Source: a virus. Taken from it: 64,000 bases of DNA. Below, one piece after another: positions 26,244-34,314 of the stretch (the first letter of the stretch is position 1; the number at the start of each line of letters is the position of its first letter). The position numbers and the translations under genes are program-made. The stretch is taken from positions 41,120 through 105,119 of the IMG/VR virus record IMGVR_UViG_3300048854_000126; one strand, written 5' to 3'. Under the pieces are notes generated by a model. It did no database searches, was not told where the DNA came from, and saw only the letters and a list, made by a program, of their open reading frames with translations.

Positions 26244-26408
26244 ATGAAGTTGCTTTACGAAGGCGGGCTGTTGATGACGCTGGGCTACGCCGCGCTGATA
26301 CTTCTCGTTTTCGCCCTCGTCGTTATTGCTGATCCGCTCATGTGCTGGTTCAGCCAGCGCAAGCACCGCCAGTCGATCATACGGGCGCACCGCCGACGAT
26401 CGTTCTAG
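26244..26408 (+). CDS. Small single-TM protein with basic tail (54 aa)
   Basis: AGGGA RBS; MKLLYEGGLLMTLGYAALILLVFALVVIADPLMCWFSQRKHRQSIIRAHRRRSF. Confidence 0.65.
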   Translation: MKLLYEGGLLMTLGYAALILLVFALVVIADPLMCWFSQRKHRQSIIRAHRRRSF

Positions 26409-26564
26409 CCCTGCCAAGCGACGCGTCCCTGCGTCGCTCTCTATGCCCGCCGCGGCACCGCTCAGAAGAGCCTGCAGAACACACTCAAAGCTCCAAGGGA
26501 AAGTGGTCAGAATTACTTCTGTCAACGCGCACCACAGCGCGCACCACTTTCTAAGGAGCACCAC

Positions 26565-26735
26565 ATGCAAGTCCGTCGTATCCATGTCGAAACCCTCTGT
26601 GCCAACACCGATGAGCTGGACGCGGACATGACGGATCTCGAGCTGCTGCAAGAGCATGAGGAGCAGCGGGCGCTCCGCACACTGACCACGCGCCGCCGCC
26701 GGCCATTTGTTGAAGAGCGCGCACGCCGGGACTGA
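26565..26735 (+). CDS. Small hypothetical protein (56 aa)
   Basis: TAAGGAG RBS; MQVRRIHVETLCANTDELDAD... Confidence 0.7.
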   Translation: MQVRRIHVETLCANTDELDADMTDLELLQEHEEQRALRTLTTRRRRPFVEERARRD

Positions 26736-27236
26736 CCCACCTGCATTTGCCGTTTGTTCTGCTTTACCTGAGTGAGTCCTACCGTGAGACGTATGACTTT
26801 TGGCTGGTGACCTTCGGGTGCCCGCCTCTTTTTCGTGGCGTATTGCCGTGGCTCGTCGGCCCGTATAAGCGAATCGGCAAAGCCCGGCGTTGCAAGCGGG
26901 CAGGGCTCGAAATCCGTTCATATCCTCCTTGGAAATTGGGAGGACGCGCGGCCCGTATAGGCACCTTGGCAGGCCACGGCTAAAACGCGCACCCGGGCGC
27001 TGCCAAGAACCCGCCCTCTGCGTGCCCCTGCCGAGCACCGCGGTCGCCGATCGTTCGGGCCGCTAAGCATCACCCGCGCTACCAGGGCGCGCGCACCTGG
27101 GCGAACGAGTGACACCCGCCGGGCGCTCTCTATCAGAAGTGCGCGCGCATGCGAATAGCACGACGAAAACGGGTTTACAAGAGGTCCTCTGAAATACCAC
27201 ACACAAAAGTTATGTGAATTTTTTCACGCATACCTA

Positions 27237-27265
27237 TTGCACTCGCAATAGCTAGCGGTTACTAT
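27237..27265 (+). promoter_or_regulatory. Strong sigma70-type promoter overlapped by an operator
   Basis: TTGCAC-N17-TACTAT with AT-rich upstream DNA; operator ATAGCTA-gcgg-TTACTAT at 27248-27265. Confidence 0.75.
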
Positions 27266-27339
27266 TTCTATACCGACTCGCACAAAGCAAGCGGTTAGCG
27301 AAAAACGCTAAATCTCACACTCTCTCAAAGGTAATCAAA

Positions 27340-28014
27340 ATGAACGCACAAGTTAAAGAAACGGTCTTCACGCTCGAAAACGTCATGCTGTCGATTCGTC
27401 GCGCAAATGACCGTTGGGCAGCAAAAACGGGTGAAGTGGGCGAGTGCGAAGACTTGAAAACCGCGCGCAAGTTTTGGGATGACGCGCTCTGTGTTTTCGC
27501 TGTGTCGATGCTTAAGCGTGCGCGTATCGATGAACTGACGTTCTTGTCTACCATCGCTGACAAAATGGGCGTGAAAGCGGTTAAGCGCGTCTCTGAATTC
27601 TTCGCTTGCTTGCATGCGAAAGACTATACGAAGCTTGACGGTGTTACCGCGCTTTCCCTGCTGAGCGCGATTCATGCGGGCGCAACGTCACGCAGTGCAC
27701 TGGTTTTCGCTAGCACGGGTAAGGGCGATGAATCGACGTCTGAGAATGTCGCGAATGTCGAGCTTGTGCGCAAGCTTCAAAAGACACTTAAGAAAGTGGG
27801 CACCACTACAGAAGCGACGCAGAATTCCCGCTCGTTTGGTGCGAATGGTTTTTGTGTCTATCTGAGCATGGGCGCAATGGTTAAGGTAGCGGGTAAGACT
27901 GAAAAGCAATTAGAGGTTAATGCAAAGTCACCTTTCATCGCTGCTATTGCGAAGATGGTCGAACAAGCTTCACCTGAAACCCTCGCACTGGTTAAGGGAG
28001 CAAAGAAAGACTAA
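27340..28014 (+). CDS. Putative immediate-early protein with atypical codon usage
   Basis: AAGG RBS; many A/T-ending codons; operators on both sides. Confidence 0.85.
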   Translation: MNAQVKETVFTLENVMLSIRRANDRWAAKTGEVGECEDLKTARKFWDDALCVFAVSMLKRARIDELTFLSTIADKMGVKAVKRVSEFFACLHAKDYTKLDGVTALSLLSAIHAGATSRSALVFASTGKGDESTSENVANVELVRKLQKTLKKVGTTTEATQNSRSFGANGFCVYLSMGAMVKVAGKTEKQLEVNAKSPFIAAIAKMVEQASPETLALVKGAKKD

Positions 28015-28032
28015 ATAGTAACGTGTGACTAA
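28015..28032. promoter_or_regulatory. Operator copy
   Basis: ATAGTAA-cgtg-TGACTAA. Confidence 0.8.
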
Positions 28033-28089
28033 TACCGGGCGCATAGCGCGCCCGGTTCGTTCCCCTGCTACCTGAACCCATACCAGACC

Positions 28090-28278
28090 ATGAAAACCGC
28101 TCAAACCCGCTCTATCGCTCGCACCGTTCGCCCCCTCCCTGCTTTCGATGATATGCACGAAGACTATGCAAGCGACTATGAGCCCGGGCGATTCGACGCG
28201 CGCACGCTTGACGATAGCGAACGCAGCGCGCACGCATTCGATGCGTTCTCAATTGGGATTGACTCGCTAGCATTTTGA
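28090..28278 (+). CDS. Small acidic hypothetical protein
   Basis: 62 aa; same atypical codon style as the 27340 gene. Confidence 0.6.
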   Translation: MKTAQTRSIARTVRPLPAFDDMHEDYASDYEPGRFDARTLDDSERSAHAFDAFSIGIDSLAF

Positions 28279-28484
28279 CATCGCTCTTTAGTCGCATGCA
28301 CTACTGACCATCGCGGGCAGTCGGACCCACCCGCGATTGTGACCACCAGCAGACGTCGGTGGTCTTAGACGGCAACGCTATCTTGGTGGGGCCTCGCGCC
28401 TAATTTTTTTGCCAGGACGAACCCGATCCTTATACAGCCAGGCGGGCCGTGGGAAACACGATCCTTATAGGGCCAAGGCACAGT

Positions 28485-28544
28485 GGGGCTAGGGGTTTGG
28501 GGCGTGGGATAGGGGAGCAGGGGCCGTGGGGAAGGGGATTTGGG
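28485..28544 (+). repeat. G-tract array (predicted G-quadruplex)
   Basis: Nine G3-G4 runs with 2-4 nt spacers. Confidence 0.8.
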
Positions 28545-28657
28545 TTTTGAGCGGCCCCACATGGTCAATCCCAGTCTCGCGGCCCTGCGGGGCCAGGCAG
28601 ACGGCGCTGGCGGGCGCTGGCGCGCCCACAGCTACCGTCGATGCCTCGTAGCTGCGA

Positions 28658-29065
28658 TCAGTGCTCGGGACTGCACGCCTGTGGGTCATTAATCGCGCCG
28701 AGAACCTCATCTGCGCGCTTATGCCATCCAGAATTATCGTGATAGGTGAAGCTCTTGAGCGTCGCGCCGCTGTCGTCAGCGTTGATATCGACGACCATGT
28801 AAATCGTGTCGCGCGCCATCTCAAGCGCCGTGCGCGTGATGGTGATTCGCTTCGCCCCGGACGGATCGACCTTCACCGACTCAAACGCCCTGCAGTTTGC
28901 CTCATAGTCGAAGATCGCCTGCCGAATCTCCGGCACCGACTTGTCGAGGTGGACCGTCTTGTAGGCGTATTCCGGTTTGCGCAGATCGGACGCCGTGATC
29001 GTCGGATAGCTCAGGCACCCAGACAGCGCGAGCGCGCCGCCCGCGGCAAGCATCATTCTTTTCAT
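28658..29065 (-). CDS. Lipoprotein
   Basis: MKR + hydrophobic stretch + LSGC lipobox. Confidence 0.8.
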   Translation of the reverse strand: MKRMMLAAGGALALSGCLSYPTITASDLRKPEYAYKTVHLDKSVPEIRQAIFDYEANCRAFESVKVDPSGAKRITITRTALEMARDTIYMVVDINADDSGATLKSFTYHDNSGWHKRADEVLGAINDPQACSPEH

Positions 29066-29126
29066 TGATTCCCCGTATTTGTAAGCTATTGAAAGGAACG
29101 CTTTTTACCATGCGCTCCGTTTTTCG

Positions 29127-29603
29127 TCACCACGCACCCCAAGCCTCGTCTTCGAGGGGCGCCTCTTCAAACAGCCTGTCGATCACCGCATCGAGCGCCT
29201 GGTCGGGTCGCTCGATAGCCTCCGCGGCTGGCTCGGCCGCCAGCGGCAATAAGGGAACCAGCCTTTCGGGCTCTTCTTCACTCGTGAACACCGGCGGTGG
29301 CGGTGCCGCGATGCCTTTCGCGGCCGCTGCCCGGCACTCGAGCTCGTGGCGTATCGAGTCGAGTTCATCCATGTTCATGTCGTTCGCGACAACCTTGTAA
29401 CTTCTGAGAGCCTCTTTCGGATCGGTCGCCGCGCGCCACCACTGCATGATCCGCGGTGTGCGCCTGGGCTGGTAGTTGATCCGGCGCATCAGCTCGGCGA
29501 CGCCGTTGATCGCGCCGCCCTTGCCCTCACATTCGATGTCGCCGGCGAGATCCGGGTGCTCGCGCTTCGCATACTCCATCAGGGACTTGAACGCGCTGCT
29601 CAT
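29127..29603 (-). CDS. Hypothetical protein with acidic tail
   Basis: ATGA overlap with the RHH gene. Confidence 0.7.
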   Translation of the reverse strand: MSSAFKSLMEYAKREHPDLAGDIECEGKGGAINGVAELMRRINYQPRRTPRIMQWWRAATDPKEALRSYKVVANDMNMDELDSIRHELECRAAAAKGIAAPPPPVFTSEEEPERLVPLLPLAAEPAAEAIERPDQALDAVIDRLFEEAPLEDEAWGAW

Positions 29604-29893
29604 GGCGCCCCCGGCTCGTCCTTTCGAAGCCGCGCGATGAGCTCGTCCTGCTGGAGCGGCGTCAGGTTACTCATGCGTTCGATTGCCTCGCGGCGTGCCG
29701 TCAGACGGGCGCCTTTCGCGTCCGCGAGCATCTTCTTACCTTCCTCCAGGATCGGCAGCGCCGCGGCGTCGGTGATCGCTACCAGAAGTGCTTCGACGAC
29801 TGCGTTCTGCGACATGCCCAAACGCTCACTCAGCGCTTCGAGGCGCGCTCGAGCACGATCCTCGAGCGCGAAACCCAGTCTTACCCTTGCCAT
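29600..29893 (-). CDS. Ribbon-helix-helix DNA-binding protein
   Basis: RVRLGFAL..RARARLEALSERLGMSQNAVVEALL; TATAAT upstream. Confidence 0.7.
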   Translation of the reverse strand: MARVRLGFALEDRARARLEALSERLGMSQNAVVEALLVAITDAAALPILEEGKKMLADAKGARLTARREAIERMSNLTPLQQDELIARLRKDEPGAP

Positions 29894-29981
29894 GTTATGC
29901 GACCCTTTTGTTATGTCATATTTATCATTATAGGGACGCACGGACCTGACGTAACGATTTTCACTCCCTGGGAACGACTGC

Positions 29982-30584
29982 CTAGGAAATTCCCGTCCTA
30001 AACCGAGGCAGGAACCCGTCCAACATCTGGCTGATCTCGGCCCCGCTACCAATGAAAGAGATAGGGCCGTCAAAATCGATTGCGTTTTGCTGCATGCCGA
30101 CCGGCTTTTCCTTGGGGTCTAGCACCATCGTCAGGCCCCCAACATGATGGATTGCTGCGAGTCCGCGCGAGCCATCGTCAAGCGATCCCGATAAGACGAT
30201 CCCGACCGATCGCTTTCCGATGTTTTCCGCAATCGATTCGAACAGGGCATCGACCGTGCGATTTCTTAGGCGGTTGTTCGACCCGTCGATCAAGAACGCG
30301 GACCCGTCATCCAAGAGCGTCAGCGGGCGGTCAGGCAAACCGATATAACAAATTCCCGGCGTCAGCACTTGCCCGTCCCGAGCGATGTTCACTTGAACCG
30401 CAGGACAGTGGGTCGCAAGGACTTCTCTCAAGTTGGTCGGCGCCTCACTTGCCCGATGCAGCACAACCAACAATACGGCATAAGCGGCATTGGGCCATCT
30501 GTTGAGCAGTTCAATAATGTCCGAAAGCCCCTCACTTCCGGAAGCGCCAATTGCAACGCAAAAGGGGTGATTCTCTTGATTCAT
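29982..30584 (-). CDS. Stand-alone CheB-type methylesterase domain
   Basis: IGAS.SEG, VLHR, VDALFES, GIVLSGSLDDGSRGL..I...GG; S-H-D triad present. Confidence 0.85.
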   Translation of the reverse strand: MNQENHPFCVAIGASGSEGLSDIIELLNRWPNAAYAVLLVVLHRASEAPTNLREVLATHCPAVQVNIARDGQVLTPGICYIGLPDRPLTLLDDGSAFLIDGSNNRLRNRTVDALFESIAENIGKRSVGIVLSGSLDDGSRGLAAIHHVGGLTMVLDPKEKPVGMQQNAIDFDGPISFIGSGAEISQMLDGFLPRFRTGIS

Positions 30585-31279
30585 GGTTTCACCTGTGGGC
30601 TTTGTTCAAGTTCACCGATTGGGTCATTGAACGACGGATCGTTGTTGGTCGCCTTGTTGACTTCCCTGCTCACCGGGAACCAACGGAACGCCTCGACCGG
30701 CGTGCCGAGGTCGGTGGCCAGGTGCAGCGCATCCTCGAACGTCGTGCTCGGCTCGAGCCACTGGCGCGCGTCCTGCGCGGACAGGACCAGCGGGCGCCGG
30801 TCGTGAACGTCGAGCATGCCGGCCTCTGCCGCGTCGGTGACGATGACAAAGCCGTCGCCTTCCTGCGGGGTCGGCGAGCCCGGGCGCACGCTGCTGAGGC
30901 CCGCGAAGTAGAGCGGCTCGCCGTCGATCGGCACGATGAAGTAGGGTTGTTTGCCGGCCTCGGTTGCGATCCACTCATACCAGCCGTCCGCGGGCACGAT
31001 CACGCGGCCCGTCTTCCAGAGCCCCTTCCAGGTCGATGAGCTCGCCTTGTCGATCCGAGCATTTATCATCAGCGGGATTTTGCGCGCCACCGCCCAGGCG
31101 GGCCGATGGCCCCACTTTTCGAGATGCACGCCCTCCGCTCGGAGCACCGGCTGCAGCTGGCTGGGCGCGACGTTCCAGCTCGGCCGGAAGGGGTCGCCCG
31201 CCTCCGGATAGATCGCATCAGGGAAGAGGGGCACCACGTAGTCGAGGCCCTGCCTCGCGCGAGAGAAACGGCCACACAT
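30581..31279 (-). CDS. SRAP (SOS response-associated peptidase / abasic-site protecting, YedK/HMCES family)
   Basis: GGAGG RBS; starts MCGRF; WNVAP, INAR, ADGWYEW, KQPYF, HDRRP motifs. Confidence 0.92.
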   Translation of the reverse strand: MCGRFSRARQGLDYVVPLFPDAIYPEAGDPFRPSWNVAPSQLQPVLRAEGVHLEKWGHRPAWAVARKIPLMINARIDKASSSTWKGLWKTGRVIVPADGWYEWIATEAGKQPYFIVPIDGEPLYFAGLSSVRPGSPTPQEGDGFVIVTDAAEAGMLDVHDRRPLVLSAQDARQWLEPSTTFEDALHLATDLGTPVEAFRWFPVSREVNKATNNDPSFNDPIGELEQSPQVKP

Positions 31280-31324
31280 TCGACACCTCCGTCGTCGGTT
31301 TGACCTTATCTTAGCCGCCAATGC

Positions 31325-31351
31325 AAAACGCCCGGGGTCGCCGGGCGTTTT
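31325..31351. terminator. Bidirectional-type intrinsic terminator
   Basis: AAAACGCCCGG-ggtcg-CCGGGCGTTTT. Confidence 0.7.
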
Positions 31352-31389
31352 ACTGTCTCTGGGCTAGAAATCCCAGCCTTCGCTGCGCA

Positions 31390-31620
31390 TCACATGAATC
31401 CGACGCGTTGGCCACTGCCGCCGTCCGCGTCGTCGAGCTCGCGCTCGATTGCTCCGATGCGGGCGACTTGCTCTGGATCTTGCAACAGGGGCACTTCGGG
31501 AAGGAAGTTAAGCGCCAGGATAACCAGCGGGTTTTGGGTGAGAAACGCGACCAGCGCGATGATGCCTACTACTGCGGCGATGTGAAACATATACAGCCAC
31601 GGCAGGCGGGAAGGAAACAT
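31390..31620 (-). CDS. Small membrane protein
   Basis: AGGAG RBS; hydrophobic N-terminal half. Confidence 0.7.
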   Translation of the reverse strand: MFPSRLPWLYMFHIAAVVGIIALVAFLTQNPLVILALNFLPEVPLLQDPEQVARIGAIERELDDADGGSGQRVGFM

Positions 31621-31680
31621 AGCTTCTCCTATAAAAAGTAAGCTGCAACTTACTTTATCAGGGCTATGACCTTGCGGCAA

Positions 31681-31959
31681 TTATTTGTCGTCATAGTGAA
31701 AGCGACACTGCGCGACTTCAACGTATCCATCCGGGCCGCCGCGGCCACAATAGACGAGTCTGTGCTCGCCGGAGATACGGCGCGACCACCAACCTCTCAA
31801 GTTGCCCCTCAACAGTTCTGGTTTCCCAGTTCCCTTGAAGGGATCACGCTGGCATTCCTTGAGCATAATCACGATCTTTTCGTGATTGCCGTCATTTTGC
31901 TCGAGCCAATACAGATATTGGTCCCACGCCTTCGGTGAAAACAGAATTCCTCGAGCCAT
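31681..31959 (-). CDS. yoeB: Txe/YoeB family toxin
   Basis: AWDQYLYW...PFKGTGKPE.L...L.G.WSRRI..EHRLVY...CRFHY. Confidence 0.92.
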   Translation of the reverse strand: MARGILFSPKAWDQYLYWLEQNDGNHEKIVIMLKECQRDPFKGTGKPELLRGNLRGWWSRRISGEHRLVYCGRGGPDGYVEVAQCRFHYDDK

Positions 31960-31970
31960 TCGCTATTCTT

Positions 31971-32498
31971 TTAGATTTGGACGCTTTGGATTACTTCTAC
32001 GAGCGTGCGGGCCTGCTCCGCGGGCTCCCCTTTGACCGAAAGCGCAACCGCATCAAGTTCGGCCCAGGCGGACTCTTGACTAGTTGAGGGCACGTCTTTA
32101 AGTCCCGGGTTGAGCTTTTGCGAAGCGTCGTAAACCAACTGCTCGAAATCATCTTCCGACAGCTTTCCATTAGCCCGTGCCGCGTATGCCATCTCCAGGA
32201 TCGTCGTGTAAATGCGTGTGACCTTCGGAGTTACGCCTCTATACACGTATTCCTGCTGCACGGACTCGTAACCTTCGGGCATATCCATGTCCGCCCCACG
32301 AGCGGCTTTGTTCAGCCACTCGATGCTGTCGCGCAGATCGGTCGCATTCTCCTGCGTGCTCAAGAGGTGGGCCGTCTCGCGCATACCGGGGTAGTCTTCC
32401 AAGGGGATCATGACGAATTGACGCCCACCGCGTTCGATGATATCCACCGTTTCGTCTCCGATCTGCATCGGGACCGTCTCAAGAAAGGAAATAGCCAT
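31971..32498 (-). CDS. YefM/Phd-like antitoxin with extra C-terminal domain
   Basis: VMIPLEDY..MRETAHLLS..ENA..L..SI matches the YefM C-terminal half; directly upstream of the toxin. Confidence 0.75.
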   Translation of the reverse strand: MAISFLETVPMQIGDETVDIIERGGRQFVMIPLEDYPGMRETAHLLSTQENATDLRDSIEWLNKAARGADMDMPEGYESVQQEYVYRGVTPKVTRIYTTILEMAYAARANGKLSEDDFEQLVYDASQKLNPGLKDVPSTSQESAWAELDAVALSVKGEPAEQARTLVEVIQSVQI

Positions 32499-32522
32499 GT
32501 TTATCTCTCCAATCGCCTGATT

Positions 32523-34253
32523 TTACGCGGCTTTCTTGAAAATTGAATAGTCGAAGTCGGCGACGATATTTTCAGCGAATCCGGGGGTGCCGCGCACGAT
32601 CGCCAAGCGTTCGTTCTGATGGTCGCGCAAAGTGGTGTTCGCCGCTTCGATGAAATCGACCACAAACGCGACATTTGGCCCGAATTTCTTCGCCCGCAAT
32701 CCCCGTCCAACACGCTGACGGGTCGCAACCTCCGCTTTGCCGCCGCCAGCGAGCACGATAAGCCCGACCGCCGGCACGTCCACGCCCACATCAAGGATGG
32801 TCGAGCCGATGAGCGCATCGATATCACCCCGGCCCAGCGCCTCGAGTGCGGCCTTACGCTCGTCCTGCTCGTGCTCCCCGAAGATGAACCGGCACCGCAC
32901 GCCCGCAGCTTTGAGCATGTCCTCGAGCTTCTTGCCGTGGTCCTTGCGACCCACCAGGATCATCGCGGGCAGGCCGTAGTGCTTCGCGCGTGTGACCTCG
33001 TAGACGATCGCGCGATTGCGTTCCTCGTTGTGCACGATGCCTACCTCGAGGCATTTGGGCCACGGGGTCGAGCGGAAGAGCTTGTGCGTGACCACCTTTG
33101 GCACATCCCGCACCATTACCGTCTCCTGATAGGACGGTGATGGCTCGCGCAGCTGGACGTATTTGAAGTAGGGCGTGGCCAGCACGCCGAGATCGATTAG
33201 TTGCTTTTCCGTCACAGTGATCGCAACCGGACCACTGCACGCCTCGAGGCGCATGTTCGCCTCTTGGCTGTCTTTCATGAACGGGGTCGCGGTAAGCGCG
33301 AGGCGGTAATGCGCGCTCGTGCAATGGCGCATGACTTCGTAGAAGCCCGTGCCCGATGCCTCATGCGCTTCTTCGAGGATCACGAACTCGATCGTCGCGA
33401 GAAACCGGATCATTTCGTCGCGCTTCATGTTGTGCTCACGCACTTTCGCCTGGATCTCCGCGACAACCCGCGCATCGGCCGGACGCGCTGCTTCCAGCTT
33501 TTTGCGCAGCGCCGTCGTCGCGTCCGCGATCTGGTCGGTCGGCAGTTTCTTTTTCTTGAGCGACGTCTGGAGCTTCATCACCTCGCGGTCTTCGGCGGCG
33601 TCGCGGTTCTTGATGTAGGCGAGCATTTCGCCGTCGTCTGCCCAGAGCTCAATCGCCTGACTGATGGTCTGCACCATGCCGAGCGTGAACTTGCACGAAA
33701 AGTCGCGCTTGCTGTCGCCCACGACGCCCACACGCTCGCCGAGATTGTCTTCGACGGCTTCGCCCATCTGATACATCAGGATGCCCCGTGTGGTCAGAAA
33801 GAGCGTCGGGCGGTTGATGCGCTTGTAGCAGATGCGCGCGATGCGGGACTTGCCGCCGCCGGTCGCCACGCGGGCAATGATCTGGCGGTGCTTTATCAGC
33901 TTGTCAGCGACTTCGGGCTGATACGCGTAGCGCGGGTCGTAGCCGAAGCTGTCAACGACCGGCCGCGCGTCGCCGAGCGGTTCGGGCGCGGGCTTGCGCA
34001 CCAGATTCACGCGGTAGCCCGCCTTGAGCAGCGTTGAGTAGACCTTATAGACGAATCCGGCCGGAAACATGTCGGTCGCGAAGTCGTAGAAGCTCGAGGA
34101 GCCGTCCCACGACGTGCCCTTGAACGCCTGGGAGTAGCTCGCGCCATCGACCATGTAGGAGAGCTTTTCGCGCACGAGCAGCTTTGCCTCGCGCGACGCG
34201 CCGATCAGTTTTGCGTTCACCGCGCCTGCGGCGAGGGTCAGTGTCGTTGCCAT
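32523..34253 (-). CDS. Superfamily 2 helicase
   Basis: ATGGGKS, EEAH, LTATP, ILDVGVDVP and QRVGRGLR motifs. Confidence 0.92.
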   Translation of the reverse strand: MATTLTLAAGAVNAKLIGASREAKLLVREKLSYMVDGASYSQAFKGTSWDGSSSFYDFATDMFPAGFVYKVYSTLLKAGYRVNLVRKPAPEPLGDARPVVDSFGYDPRYAYQPEVADKLIKHRQIIARVATGGGKSRIARICYKRINRPTLFLTTRGILMYQMGEAVEDNLGERVGVVGDSKRDFSCKFTLGMVQTISQAIELWADDGEMLAYIKNRDAAEDREVMKLQTSLKKKKLPTDQIADATTALRKKLEAARPADARVVAEIQAKVREHNMKRDEMIRFLATIEFVILEEAHEASGTGFYEVMRHCTSAHYRLALTATPFMKDSQEANMRLEACSGPVAITVTEKQLIDLGVLATPYFKYVQLREPSPSYQETVMVRDVPKVVTHKLFRSTPWPKCLEVGIVHNEERNRAIVYEVTRAKHYGLPAMILVGRKDHGKKLEDMLKAAGVRCRFIFGEHEQDERKAALEALGRGDIDALIGSTILDVGVDVPAVGLIVLAGGGKAEVATRQRVGRGLRAKKFGPNVAFVVDFIEAANTTLRDHQNERLAIVRGTPGFAENIVADFDYSIFKKAA

Positions 34254-34280
34254 TTCTTGCCTTATAGGAAGCCCGCTTGT

Positions 34281-34298
34281 ATAGTAAGCGGTGACTTA
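34281..34298. promoter_or_regulatory. Operator copy in divergent promoter region
   Basis: ATAGTAA-gcgg-TGACTTA. Confidence 0.8.
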
Positions 34299-34314
34299 TT
34301 TATGTGAGCGCATT

